Of a stretch of DNA of 64,000 bases, positions 25,152 to 38,504 are shown one piece after another. Numbering within the stretch: position 1 is the stretch's first letter; every line of letters begins with the position of its first letter. This DNA is from Pristiophorus japonicus (taxonomy: Eukaryota), in the NCBI RefSeq assembly GCF_044704955.1, contig NC_091992.1, positions 125,488,001 through 125,552,000 on the forward strand. The letters are read 5' to 3'. A program made the position numbers and the translations under genes. The notes beneath the pieces are model-generated. The model was not told the DNA's origin. It saw only the letters and a program-made list of their open reading frames with translations, and ran no database searches.

Positions 25152-25497
25152 GAACAACAACAACAACAACTTGCATTTATATAGCGCCGTTAATGTGAAA
25201 CGTCCCAAGGTGCTTCACAGGAGTACTATGTGATAGAAATTTGATACCGAGCCACATAAGTAGAAATTATTGCAGGGGCTTGGTCAAAGAGGTAGGTTTT
25301 AAGGAGCATCTTGAAGGAGGAAAGAGAGGCGGAGAGGTTTAGGCAGGGAGTTCCAGAGCTTGGGGCCCAGGCAACAGAAGGCACGGCCACCAATGGTTGA
25401 GTGATTATAATCAGGGATGCTCAGGAGGGCAGAATTAGAAGAGTGCAGGCATCTCGGGAGGTTGTGGGGCTGGAGGAGATTACAGAGGTAGGGAGGT
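25152..25497 (-). mobile_element. L2-like LINE 3' end
   Basis: (CAA)n tail; matches 740-2480. Confidence 0.75.
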
Positions 25498-25804
25498 TAA
25501 TCGGGAAGTAAAGTTAACGCAGGAAAGAATGGGTTTAGCGGTGCACTCTTATGGTTTGTTTCAAATGAAGCTGGAGTCAGTGGGGAGCTAACTGGCCTTT
25601 GGGACGGTGCAACGAAAAGGGCGATCCCACCATTCCACAGATCTACCTTATATTGCTGTTTTTATATTGCTCGAGTGACATGCAATTGATGGCAAGCTGC
25701 CAAGTCCTGTGTGCCAGCAGAGACACCAAAGTAAAGGCAAGCAGAATACCGCAGGTGCTGTAACACCTTCCAGTTCCTGTGACAGCTCATCGACCTGAAA
25801 CGTT

Positions 25805-26186
25805 CCAACGCTCTCCTGGCCGGCCTCCCACCTTCCACCCTCCGGAAAACTTGAGCTCTAAAGCTCTGCTGCCCGTGTCCTGAGGGGGCCAAGTCCCGCT
25901 CACCCATCAACCCTGTGCTCGCTGACTTACATTGCCTCCCACTCCAGCAGCTCCTCAATCTCATCCTCGTGTTCAAACCCTTCCGGGGCTCCGCCCCACC
26001 CTATCTGTGTAACCTCTCTGCTCCGTTAAGATACTCCTTAAAATCCACCTCCATGACCGGACTATTGGCCACTTTTCCTAATAGCTCCTTATCGTTGTCA
26101 AATTTTGTCTCACAATGCGCCTGTGAAGCACCTTGGGACTTTTTACTATATTAAAGGCGCTATATCAATTCAGGTTGTTGTTGTTG
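25805..26186 (+). mobile_element. L2-like LINE 3' fragment, degenerate
   Basis: LADLHCLP..LILVFKP..APPYL; (GTT)n tail. Confidence 0.7.
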
Positions 26187-26304
26187 AGCGTTTGCTGCAT
26201 TTTCTGTTTTTAAATAAGAAAGCAAACTTGCTGGATTTACTGGGGCTGGCAGCTGGGAAATACTATTCATTACCCAGTCTTTCTGCTCACCAACCTTGGC
26301 AATT

Positions 26305-26820
26305 ATATTATAGAAAGGATATCGAGGCATTGGAAAGGGTGCAGAGAAGATTTACAAGGATGATTCCCAAAATGCCAGGGTATACATATCAGAAAAGGAT
26401 GAACAGGCTGTGTCTCTTTTCTCATGAACAAAGAAGGCTGAGGGGTGACCTAATAGAGGTCTTTAAAATTATGAAAGATTTTGATAGAGTGGATACAGGA
26501 TTCCACTTGTAGGGAAGAGCATAACTAGAGGCCATCAATATAAGATAGTCACCAAGAAATCCAATGGGGAATTCAGAAGAAACTTCTTTACCCAGAGAGT
26601 GGTGAGAATGTGGAACTCGCTACCACAGGGAAGGGTTGAAGTAAATCGTATTGATGCATTTAAGGGGAGGCTAGACAAGCATATGAGGGAGAAGTGAACA
26701 GAGGGTTATGGTGATAGATTTAGATGAGGAAAGACGGGAGGAGGTTCGAGTGGAGCATAAACGCCGGCATGGACTGGTTGGGCTGAATGGCCTGTTTCTG
26801 TGCCGGATATCCCGTGTAAT
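26305..26820 (+). mobile_element. CR1 3' fragment
   Basis: YRKDIEALERVQRRFTRMIP..RRLRGDLIEVFKIMK. Confidence 0.85.
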
Positions 26821-27395
26821 GTAATTCCAGCAAGTTTACTTGGGTGTTGCCAATGACTATTTAAGACCCAGGTGTCAGAAGCTGGTGCCGCTGTAATATA
26901 AAGAGAGACTTTCAACCATTAGAAGCAACTCTGACCACTGCTGGTGTCTCTCACCTTAACTGAAACTTTGGTTAAGAACATAACAGGAAAAAAAAATCAA
27001 CTCAGAAATCTTCAATAACAGTAACGTATGCGGAAGATTTTTTTTCTAAAAATTTTCGAAATAATCTTGTTCCACACCCATCACGTTGTCTCCAAGGAAT
27101 GTGGGACATGAGAAAGCAGGAAAGTAAAAAAAAAACACACAGATAATGTGAAGGGGATTGACGGCAGATGCTGAGAGGTTGTTTTCCCCCTGGCTGGAAT
27201 GTCAAGTACTCGGGGTCACAGTCTCAGGATAAGGGGTCGGCCATTTAGGGCTGAGTTGAGGAGGAATTTCTTCACTCAGAGGGTTGTGAATCTTTGGAAT
27301 TCTCTGTCCCAGAGAGCTGTGGATACTGAGTCTCTGAATATATTCAAGGCTGCGATAAGAAGATTTTGGGAGTCTCGGGAAATCAAGGGAGTATG

Positions 27396-28114
27396 GGGCC
27401 TAAAATTCCGGCCTCGCCTCGTACGAAGTGCGCACGGACCCGGTGAGGCCTCGCAAAAGCCAGTTTTCGGGACGCGATGTGCATGCACCAATCCGTCAAA
27501 GATTTCTCCGTACAGATTCTCCGCATGCCCGGGAGAAGGACATCCGCGCGGGAGAGATTGGGCTTCATGCCCAGTGACTGTCCTTCAACGTTCACGCCTA
27601 GTGAAAGCAGGAGCATAGCCTACTTTTACCAGCGTAAGAGTTTCAAAACATATAAAAATTAAATTTAAATGTACATTTTTATAGTAAAAACCCTGTCTAT
27701 TAAGGTAAGTTTATTTTTAACACTATTAAAACATATTTTTTTTAAATTCCCAAAAAATTTTTTTTTCTAAAACATTTAATTTCAATTAATTTTAAATATG
27801 TGAGGTGTTTTATTGATTTATTTTGCTGTGTTTGGGTGTTTTAGGGGTTATTCTCATTGATAGTAATCGAACTCAAACAACTGGAGTTCCCATTTTTGTC
27901 AATGTGAATACTGCATCGTGATTGGTTGTCCAGGCCCACCCGACTCCAGCTTGGACTTACGTACCTGAAAGATCTCTCCCCGTACGCTGCACAGCGAATC
28001 TAGGCCTCCAACCGGGATCTTACGTTCCTCCGAGACCACCAGGTACTTTCACAGATTTTTTTGGCAGTCGGAGACGTTTGTACTAAAGAAGCCTCCGACC
28101 TCAATTTCAGGCCC
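27396..28114. mobile_element. Harbinger-like MITE with AT-rich core, inserted in a CR1 3' end (27150-28240)
   Basis: TIRs GGGCCTAAAATT / AATTTCAGGCCC; 3-bp TSD ATG; CR1 sequence contiguous across the site; related to 60363-61184. Confidence 0.78.
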
Positions 28115-28716
28115 ATGGAGATTGGGCAGGAAAGTGGAGTTGAGGTCGATGATCAGCCATGATCTTATTGAATGGCGGAGCAGGCTCGGGGGGGCCGTAA
28201 AACCTACTCCTGCTCATATTTCTTACATCTTATGTCTTATGAATAATTCTGTGATCTGTTCCCCAACAGGGGTAGGGGTACTGAAGTTGCATGTTCAGCC
28301 ATGAACTCATTGAATGGCGGAGCAGGCTCGGGGGGGCCGTAAAACCTACTCCTGCTCCTATTTCTTATGTCTTATCTCTTATGAATAATTCTGTGATCTG
28401 TTCCCCAACAAAAAAGCAGAACAAGGCTAAAAATCCTCAAGCGTGTCAGCATCTGTAGAAAGTAAAGACGGGTTGAGGCTTTGGGTACAGAGTCTTTGTT
28501 AAAACAAGTCCATGCCTGGAACATTAACCTGTCTTGTCTCTTTACAGATGCTGATGGACATTTCCAGCATTTTCTGGTTTTATTTAACATGTTCAGTATT
28601 TGCAGTTTTTTAAAGGTTGATTTGTTCCCTCGTTTATTGTGATGATGTTGGGGCCAACGAGCTCAAGTTGGGCCATCGGCCAAAAGTCAATGAAAGAAAT
28701 GAGGGGACACAGAGGA

Positions 28717-29540
28717 TATAAGAACATAAAAACATATGAATTAGGAGCAGGAGGAGGCCATTCGGCCCCTCGAGCCTGCTCCGCCATTCAATAAAATCAT
28801 GGCTGATCTTCGACCTCAACTCCACTTTCCTGCACTATCCCTTGATTCCCTCAATATCCAAAAATCTACTGACCTCTGTCTTGAATATACTCAAAGACTG
28901 AGCCTCCAAGCCCTCTGGGGTAGAGAATTCCAAGGATTCACCAACCTCTGAGTGAAGAGATTTCTCCTCATCTCAGTCCTAATCGGCTCACCCTTTATTC
29001 TGAGACTGTGACCCCTGGTTCTAGACTCCCCAGCCAGAGGAAACATCCTCCCTGCATCTACCCTGTCGAGCCCTGTCGGAATTTTGTATGTTTCAATAAG
29101 ATCACCTCTCATTCTTCGAAACTCTAGAGAATATAGGCCTAGTCTGCTCAATCTCTCCTCATAGGACAATCCCCCCATCCCAGGAATCAGTCTGGTGAAC
29201 CTTTGTTGCACTCCCTCTATGGCAAGTATATCCTTCCTTAGGTAAGGAGACCAAAACTGTACACAATACTCCAGGTGTGGTCTCACCAGGGCCCTATATA
29301 ATTTCAGGAAGATGTCTTTGCTCTTATACTCAAATCCTTTTGCAAAAAAGGCCAACATACCATTTGTTTTCTTAATTGCTTGCTGTACCTGCATGTTAAC
29401 TTTCAGTGATTCGTGTACAAGAGCACCCAGGTCCTTCTGAACACCAACATTTTCCAATCTCTCACCATTTAAAAAATACTCTGCTTTTCTATTTTTCCGA
29501 CCAAAGTGGATAACTTCACATTTCTCCACATTATATTCCA
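28717..29540 (-). mobile_element. CR1 LINE, 5'-truncated
   Basis: ORF 28891-29583 with [30 protein letters not shown]. Confidence 0.9.
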
Positions 29541-29732
29541 AGATATGGATCAAATCATGTACAACTTCAGTATTTGCCTTCAATATTTTCTTCCTTTATA
29601 ACTGATATCTTTTAACGACCAAGGCCATTGCGTAAAGAAATACCATAGGGGTCCAATATAACATGTCTTATTCAACAACTCACAGATGTGTCGGGCACTC
29701 AGCACTGGCAACTGCACTGGTCCAATGTGTGT

Positions 29733-30152
29733 GTCAGCTGTGGCTCAGTGGGTAGCACTTGCGCCTCCGAGTCAGAAGGTTGCGGGTTTAAGTCCCACTC
29801 CAGAGCACAAAAATCTAGGCTGACACTCCAGTGCCAGTACTGAGGGAGCGCTGCACTGTCGGAGGTGCCGTCTTTCAGATTAAACGTTAAACGTCTGCTC
29901 TCTCAGGTGGACGGAAGAGATCCCGCGGCACTATTTTGAAGAAGGGCAGAAGAGTTATCCCCGGTGTCCTGGCCAATATTTATCCCTCAATCAACATCAC
30001 TAAATTATCTGGTAATTGTCAAGTTGCTGTTTGTGGGAGCTTGCTGTGCGCATATTGGCTGCCGCGATTCCTACATTACAACAGTGACTACACATCAAAA
30101 AGTACTTCATTGACTGCAATGGGACATCCAGAGGTCGTGATATGCAAGTCTT
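29733..30152 (+). mobile_element. Deu-domain SINE
   Basis: Same head and core as 11489. Confidence 0.85.
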
Positions 30153-31586
30153 TCTATTGCACTACCGCAGAAACGCTATGTAATGTGTGATGTATTTTAA
30201 TAATGGACACTCTTTTCAAGCAAATGTTTAATGGAAAAGCAGCTGCAGTAAATAGAATGTGAAGTGCATCTCACCTTCATAGAGCATCCTATAAAAATAT
30301 TTCACCACTATAAGGTACGCTGCAATAGATGATCCCGGAATGAATCACATTGCAAGAAGCTTTTATCCCTGATTAATGTGATTTCATTAAAGACCTTCCC
30401 GCTAACCTTATGTGTCTTTTTATGGCTGCAAATAGTGGCTTTGTAAAAACAAAACTAGAAATAAAGGATTGATATTTTTTGCAAGAGCCTCAATACTCTG
30501 TAGAAAATTTCAATTTTTAAAGATTAAAAATAAACTGCGAGTGGTTGGGAGAGGTCAATCACAGGGGAATTTCGCAGTCGATTTGATGGCAAATGTCATT
30601 GAGCTGCTTTGAAGATCTAACCTTGGTAAGTCAGCCTAATGTATATTGTAATGAGGCTGGAATTTGTACAACTTGGGTCACTTCAATATATTCAATTATC
30701 GCGGTTTTAATCATTAATGCTTCAGACAGCAAGGTCCCATACAGCAAGTTGTCAATCTGAACAATGTGGACACGAGGCGGGGAGGGGGGATGACAGAGAG
30801 GAAAGGTACTTCCGCACAGTGAGCAAGGAACTGTCCTGCGGCAGTGTTAAGCTTCGAAGAATGGATGATTTGTCAAAGTCACGACCTCTGCTTCCGTGCT
30901 GGTAATATCTCGGTGACAGTGATAAGGCCTGAACACCTGCCATTAAGTTATTAAATGCCCATCACAGTGCACGGTGTCAATAAATAGCTCTTCTGGCGAT
31001 ACAGTTACATACATAAAGCTTTTTACATTTCTGATTTGGTGCAGAAATAAGACTGTAATGCCGAAGGGGTTCATTTACATAGCTGGGACAATGTCACTCA
31101 GACAACCCATAAAGATGAATGATGCAGCAGTCAAAGTCCTACAGAGCAAGGTGCTGTGGAGGTTGGCTGCGATGCACCGTGTTCTGGGCAGTGCAAAGGA
31201 ATAGAGCTAGACACACTCAATACCTGACAAGTGGCGAGCTTGATCATGTCACTGAGACGCAATAAGGAAAAATGTCTCATTCCCCAGACACTGTGATCTC
31301 GCATCTTGTGATCTGCAGCAGACACAGAGAATCAAACAGCATATCAGAGTGACTCGCCCACATGCATTTAAAATGCAAATGGTTTGTTCCTCACGAAGAT
31401 CAGCTGCAGCAATGGCTGCAACGGAACGGCCCGCCAACACTGCTGCAGCAATGCCGCAAGAAAGAAAGAGAGAGATAGGAGAGAAAGAAAGATAGAAAGG
31501 AGAGAAAAATGGAAAGGAGAAAGAAAGATAGGATAGGAGAGAAAGAAAGAAAGAAAGGAGAGAAAGAAAGATAGAAAGAAGAGATA

Positions 31587-31985
31587 GTGCCTTTCACAAC
31601 CACTGGACGTCCCAAAGTGCTTTACAGTACGTCTTTAGATGTATTCACTGTTGTAATGTGGGAAACACAGCAGTCAATTTGCGCACAGCAAGCTCCCACA
31701 AACAGCAATGTGATAATGACCAGATAATCTGTTTTTTTATTATGTTGATTCAGGGATAAATATTGGCCCAGGACACCGGGGATAACTCCCCTGCTCTTCT
31801 TCGAAATAGTGCCGTGGGATCTTTTACATCCACCTGAGAGAGCAGAGGGGGCCTCGGTTTAACGTCTCATCCGAAAGACAGCACCTCCGACAGTGCAGCA
31901 CTCCCTCAGCACTGCAGTGGGACTGTCAGCCTAGATTTATGTGCCCAAGTCCCTGGAGTGGGACTTGAACCCACAATCTTCTGAG
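31587..31985 (-). mobile_element. Deu-domain SINE next to a GA-rich tract (31458-31586)
   Basis: Reverse complement of the family core. Confidence 0.82.
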
Positions 31986-32489
31986 CAGACAGTGCAACAG
32001 TATTCAAATCCTGAGAGCCCTTTAACAAAAAATAACAGTAGCCTTCTGGCCGGTTAAGATTTATTGCTTTGCTGATGCACTTTTCAACATTACTGCTGCC
32101 ACCAATGACCGTTGATATTATTTAATGCGGGGCAAATCATTGCGCCATGTTCCACATGCAGAATAAAAGAGTAAAGTATCCATCGGGGTCATTGAACTCT
32201 GCCAGCAAGGGCATGTCTTGAATTTGACACATTCAAGATACAGTTCTTGGGCTTTTCTTCTCTTATTGCCAAACCACTTACAGAAGAAGCATGATTGACA
32301 AGATAAAAAAAATGCCATGAGAAAAGTTACAATTTATTGCTGTTTCTCCCCCTGGAAATAGCCAACAACTGCCCTGGCTTCACAATACTGGTAAAAACAT
32401 TAGTGGCTGCAAAACTAAAAGCTCTATTGGATTTCTTCCTCCCGTGCCATTGTGCTATTGTTTGGCCGGGAGAGGAGAGGGACAAATTA

Positions 32490-35250
32490 CATAGGAGTAC
32501 ACAGGATATACAGCACAGAAACAGGCCAGTCCGCCCAACCTGTCCATGCTGCCGTTTATGCTCCACTCAAGCCTCCTCCTGTCTTTCCTCATCTAAATCT
32601 ATCAGCAAACCCTCTATTCCCTTCTCCCTCATATGCTTGTCTAAACTCCCCTTAAATGCATCGATACTATTCGCTTCAACCACTCCCTGCGGTAGTGAGT
32701 TCCACATTCTCACCACTCTCTGGGTAAAGACGTTTCTTCTTAATTCCCTATTGGATTTCTTGGTGACTATCTTATATTGATGGCCTCTAGTTATGCTCTT
32801 CCCCACAAGCGGAAACATTTTCTCTCTATCCACTCTATCAAAACTTTTCATAATTTTAAAGACCTCTATTAGGTCACCCCTCAGCCTTCTTTTTTCTACA
32901 GAAAAGAGACCAGCCTGTTCATCCTTTCCTGATATGTATACCCTGGCATTTCTGGTATCATCCTTGTAAATCTTCTCTGCGCCCTCTCCATCTGCCACAA
33001 CATCCTTTGACTGTGGATGGGTAATGGCAGACATTTAGAGACCGCATGGATGAACTACAACAATTGTACATCCCGGTCTGGCGTAAAAATAAAAAAGGGA
33101 AGGTGGCTCAACCGTGGCTATCAAGGGAAATCAGGGATAGTATTAAAGCCAAGGAAGTGGCATACAAATTGGCCAGAAATAGCAGCGAACCCGGGGACTG
33201 GGAGGAATTTAGAACTCAGCAGAGGAGGACAAAGGGTTTGATTTGGGCAGAGAAAATAGAGTACGAGAAGAAGCTTGCAGGGAATATTAAAATGGACTGC
33301 AAAAGCTTCTATAGATATGTAAAGAAAAAAAGGTTAGTAAAGACAAACGTAGGTCCCCTGCAGTCAGAATCAGGGGAAGTCATAACAGGGAACAAAGAAA
33401 TGGCAGACCAATTGAACAAGTACTTTGGTTCGGTATTCACTAAGGAGGACACAAACAATCTTCCGGATATAAAAGAAGTCAGAGGGTCTAGTAAGAAGGA
33501 GGAACTGGGGGAAATCCTTATTAGTCGGGAAATTGTGTTGGGGAAATTGATGGGATTGAAGGCCGATAAATCCCCAGGGCCTGATGGTCTACATCCCAGA
33601 GTACTTAAGGAGGTGGCCTTGGAAATAGCGGATGCATTGACAGTCATTTTCCAACATTCCATAGACTCTGGATCAGTTCCTATGGAGTGGAGGGTAGCCA
33701 ATGTAACCCCACTTTTTAAACAAGGAGGGAGAGAGAAAACAAGGAATTATAGACCGGTCAGCCTGACATCGGTAGTGGGTAAAATGATGGAATCAATTGT
33801 TAAGGATGTCATAGCAGCGCATTTGGAAAGAGGTGACATGATAGGTCCAAGTCAGCATGAATTTGTGAAAGGGAAATCATGCTTGACAAATCTTCTGGAA
33901 TTTTTTGAGGATGTTTCCAGTAGAGTGGACAAAGGAGAACCAGTTGATGTGGTGTATTTGGACTTTCAGAAGGCATTCGACAAGGTACCACACAAGGGAT
34001 TAATGTGCAAAGTTAAAGCACATGGGATTGGGGGTAGTGTGCTGACGTGGATTGAGAACTGGTTGGCAGACAGGAAGCAAAGAGTAGGAGTAAATGGATA
34101 CTTTTCAGAATGGCAGGCAGTGACTAGTGGGGTACCGCAAGGTTCTGTGCTGGGGCCCCAGCTGTTTACTTTGTACATTAATGATTTAGACGAGGGGATT
34201 AAATGTAGTATCTCCAAATTTGCGGATGACGCTAAATTGGGTGGCAGTGTGAGCTGCGAGGAGGATGCTATGAGGCTGCAGAGTGACTTGGATAGGTTAG
34301 GTGAGTGGGCAAATGCATGGCAGATGAAGTATAATATGGATAAATGTGAGGTTATCCACTTTGGTGGTTAAAAACAGAGACAGACTATTATCTGAATGGT
34401 GACAGATTAGGAAAAGGGGAGGTGCAACGAGACCTGGGTGTCATGGTATATCAGTCATTGAAGGTTGGCATGCAGGTACAGCAGGCGGTTAAGAAAGCAA
34501 ATGGCATGTTGGCCTTCATAGCGAGGGGATTTGAGTACAGGGGCAGGGAGGTGTTGCTACAGTTGTACAGGGCCTTGGTGAGGCCACACCTGGAGTATTG
34601 TGTACAGTTTTGGTCTCCTAACTTGAGGAAGGACATTCTTGCTATTGAGGGAATGCAGCGAAAGTTCACCAGACTGATTCCCAGGATGGCGGGACTGACA
34701 TTTCAAGAAAGACTGGATCAACTGGGCTTGTATTCACTGGAGTTCAGATGAATGAGAGGGGATCTCATAGAAACGTTTAAAATTCTGACGGGTTTAGACA
34801 GGTTAGATGCAGGAAGAATGTTCCCAATGTTGGGGAAGTCCAGAACCAGGGGTCACAGTCTAAGGATAAGGGGTAAGCCATTTAGGACCGAGATGAGGAG
34901 AAACTTCTTCACCCAGAGAGTGGTGAACCTGTGAATTCGCTACCACAGAAAGTTGCTGAGGCCAATTCACTAAATATATTCAAAAAGGAGTTAGATGTAG
35001 TCCTTACTACTAGGGGGAATCAAGGGGTATGGCGAGAAAGCAGGAATGGGGTACTGAAGTTGCATGTTCAGCCATGAACTCATTGAATGGCGGTGCAGGC
35101 TCGAAGGGCCGAATGGCCTACTCCTGCACCTATTTTCTATGTTTCTATGTTTATAATATGGCGACCAGAACTGCACGCCGTACTCTAAGTGTGGTGTAAA
35201 CCAAGGTTCGATACAGGTTTAGCATAGCTTCCCTACTTTTCAATTCTATG
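32490..35250 (-). mobile_element. CR1 3' fragment (32490-33005 and 35153-35250) split by a younger plus-strand CR1
   Basis: RRLRGDLIEVFKIMK on minus; sequence continues after 35152 (GACCAGAACTGCACGCCGTACTC). Confidence 0.75.
33008..35152 (+). mobile_element. CR1 LINE ORF2 (linker plus RT) and 3' UTR, 5'-truncated, with stops and frameshifts
   Basis: 441-aa ORF: KSPGPDGLHPRVLKE, NYRPVSLTSV, YLDFQKAFD, KFADD; (TTTCTATG)n tail. Confidence 0.95.
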
Positions 35251-35399
35251 GGCTAGGATTTCCTATCAGTCCGCCAGTGCCTGATTGCCGCCTAAAAGAC
35301 CGCTAAGATTGGGAAGATTATCGTTGGCGAAAACTTCCACCGAAAAAATTTAAAAATCGACTGAGCGAAAAACATGGGTGCTGCACCCCCATTCTGGGC

Positions 35400-35540
35400 C
35401 CACCCTTTCCTCCAACCACTGTCTGCCCCACCTGTGACAGAGACTGTAATTCCCATATTGGATTGTTCAATCACCTGAGAACTCACTTTGAGAGTGGAAG
35501 CAAGTCTTCCTCAATTCCGAGGGACTGCCTCTGATGATGA
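35400..35540 (+). mobile_element. RTE LINE 3' terminus
   Basis: Matches the reverse complement of 13351-13480; ends GGGACTGCCTCTGATGATGA. Confidence 0.75.
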
Positions 35541-36195
35541 AACACTAGCAGTTAACTACTTTTGCACATTTTTCTGAGCTACTCGCCATTGTCTACGCAT
35601 ACGTCAGTCTTCTCAACATCCACCAGATGACTTTTCCCCAATAAACGTCGTTTGCCCGAAGACGTATATGTGTTGTGCAAAAGAGCAAGCACGGAAGTGT
35701 ATCGCACTGAAGCATCAAGGTGTCACGCATTTAAGAGAATGCAAGATTCACTCCCTCGCCGCTGCGCTGCCAATCTCAATCACGCTGCATTGAGAAGAGA
35801 TGGAGGGTGTGGGGTGGGGCAGGGTAGGTGGGGTGGGGGGGAAACTCTGATCCATTCCCAGGGTGCCTTCACAGAGCTCCCAGCTCTGGTCTCAGAATGA
35901 CACTGGCAAGGGGCCTTGGGAAGATACCATGTTAGCGTACCAATCCATCCTCATTGCCTTTATTTCTGCAAAGTCCAGGGAACCCAGAGCGTTGCAAAGG
36001 AGTTGCAGCACAGACACAGGCCATGCGGACAAACGGGTCTATGCCGGGTGTTTATGCTCCACACTGGCCTCCTCCTGCCCCTCTTCATCTAACTCCATGG
36101 TGCAGAGGATACAGGACGAATGATTATCCTCAGAAACAAAAAAGTTGCAACATAATAAAAGTGAGCAGAAAAGTACCAGGAACTAGTTAGGTTCC

Positions 36196-36873
36196 ATAAG
36201 AACATAAGAACATAAGAATTAGGAACAGGAGTAGGCCATCTAGCCCCTCGAGCCTGCTCCGCCATTCAATAAGATCATGGCTGATCTGGCCGTGGACTCA
36301 GCTCCACTTACCCGCCCCGCTCCCCATAACCCTTAATTCACTTATTGGTTAAAAATCTATCTATCTGTGACTTGAATACATTCAATGAGCTAGCCTCAAC
36401 TGCTTCCTTGGGCAGAGAATTCCACAGATTCACAACCCTCTGGGAGAAGAAATTCCTTCTCAACTCGGTTTTAAATTGGCTCCCCCGTATTTTGAGGCTG
36501 TGCCCCCTAGTTCTAGTCTCCCCTACAAGTGGAAACAACCTCTCTGCCTCTATCTTGTCTATCCCTTTCATGATTTTAAATGTTTCTATAAGATCATCCC
36601 TCATCCTTCTGAACTCCAACGAGTAAAGACCCAGTCTACTCAATCTATCAACATAAGGTAACCCCCTCATCTCCGGAATCAGCCTAGTGAATCGTCTCTG
36701 TACCCCCTCCAAAGCCACTATATCCTTCCTTAAGTAAGCTGACCAAAACTGCACGCAGTACTCCATGTGCGGCCTTACCAATACCGTGTACAGTTGCAGC
36801 AGGACCTCCCTGCTTTTGTACTCCATCCCTCTCGCAATGAAGGCCAACATTCCATTCGCCTTCCTGATTACCT
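36196..36873 (-). mobile_element. CR1 3' fragment
   Basis: ORF 36338-36907; (CATAAGAA)n tail; nearly identical to 39860-40530. Confidence 0.9.
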
Positions 36874-36924
36874 GAAATGTTGTGAAATGTTGCAGCTGAA
36901 AAGCCAACTTTATGAAAGTAAAAA

Positions 36925-37376
36925 AAGAAAGACTTGTATTTCAGATCACCGGATGTCCCAAAGCGCTTTACAGCCAATGAGGTACTTTTTGAAGTGTAGT
37001 CACTGTTGTAATGTGGGAAACGCGGCAGTCAATTTGCGCACAGCAAACTTCCACACACAGCAATGTGACAATGACCAGATCATCTGTTTTTGTTATGTTG
37101 ATTACGGGATAAGTATTGACCAGGACACTGGGGATAACTCCCCTGCTCTTCTTCAAAATAGTGTCATGGGATATTTTACGTCCACCTGAGAGAGCAGACG
37201 GGGCCTCGGTTTAATGTCTCGTCTAGAAGACAGCACCTCCGACAGTGCAGCACTCCCTCAGCCCTGCACTGGAGGTTCAGCCTAGATTTTTGTGCTCAAG
37301 TCCCGAGAATGGGACTTAAACCCACAACCTTCTAATTCAGAGGCCAGGATGCTACCAACTGATCCAGGGCTGACAC
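36925..37376 (-). mobile_element. Deu-domain SINE
   Basis: Reverse complement of the family. Confidence 0.83.
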
Positions 37377-37819
37377 CCCTGCATAAATATGTACAATATT
37401 CACTTCCTGATCATGGTAATGCATGAAAAGTTTATGACAATTATGCATAATTTTCATTGGTTACTTAAGTAAAACAGACAGTAATGCATTTTCAGTATAC
37501 GTAAAATTCATGGCAAATATTGGCATTATTTATTACTTTGGTCTATGGCATTGCCGAAACAAATCCGTTGTCATTCATCATGAAATACTGTTTCCTTAAG
37601 TGCTTTAAGAATACAAAATCTGTAAACAACATTTGTCAGCATACTGATGGTTTGAGTTACATGATTTATCCCATCACAGTAGGAGTGTAATTAAGTCTGG
37701 ATACTTTGAGGTTTCACTATGTGTATTCCACCAGTGTTCAACAATGGAATTCTATCCATTCCATACCACATCCTCTTCCAAAACTAACTACCCTCGCCAC
37801 AGTTGCAATTCTTCCTACA

Positions 37820-38137
37820 GCTGGGGAAATCGAGAACTAGGGGTCACAGTCTCAGAAGAAGAGGTTGATCATTTCGGACAGAGATGAGGAGAAATTTCTT
37901 CACTCAGAGGGTGGTGAATCTTTGGGGTTCTCTACCTCAGAGGTCTGTGGATTCTAAGTCATTAAGTATATTCAAGGAAGAGATCGATAGATTTTTGGAT
38001 ATTAAGGGAATCAAGGGATATGGGGATGATGCAGGGAAGATGGAGTTGAGGTAGAAGATCAGCCATGATCTTATTGAACAGCGGAGCAGGCTCGAGGGGC
38101 CGAACAGCCTACTCCTGCTCCTATTTCTTATCTTCTT
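37820..38137 (+). mobile_element. CR1 3' end
   Basis: GAGATGAGGAGAAATTTCTTCACTCAGAGGG; CR1 3' UTR. Confidence 0.8.
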
Positions 38138-38504
38138 ATAATATCCTGTGGCTGCCAAATTAATCCAAAATTGCAGCAAATGCCTCAATAATTAATTAAA
38201 GATTGGAAAAAAATCAGTGTACGATGGATTTTCCAGGCACCTGATTTTCGAAAGGGTGATTTGGGAGCAACATTCACAGCCTTTCTTTCAATATTGAAAT
38301 CACCTGTTCAAAGATCCCACATCAAAGATCACATTGTCTGGTGAGGCTCCATCTACAGCACAACTTCACCCATGTAAAGTGGGGATAGGATGAGTACCAG
38401 GACCTAGCCTGCTCGAGTAGGTTTGTTTTAAAAAGGCAAAGGGTGGTTTCTGTTGCAAGTTTAAAAGAAAAACGGATCCACACATTATCTTGGTTGTATA
38501 TATC

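Noticed and set aside
33046-34371. Active CR1 ORF2
   Set aside because: 5'-truncated with no endonuclease domain, and has a downstream frameshift and stops.
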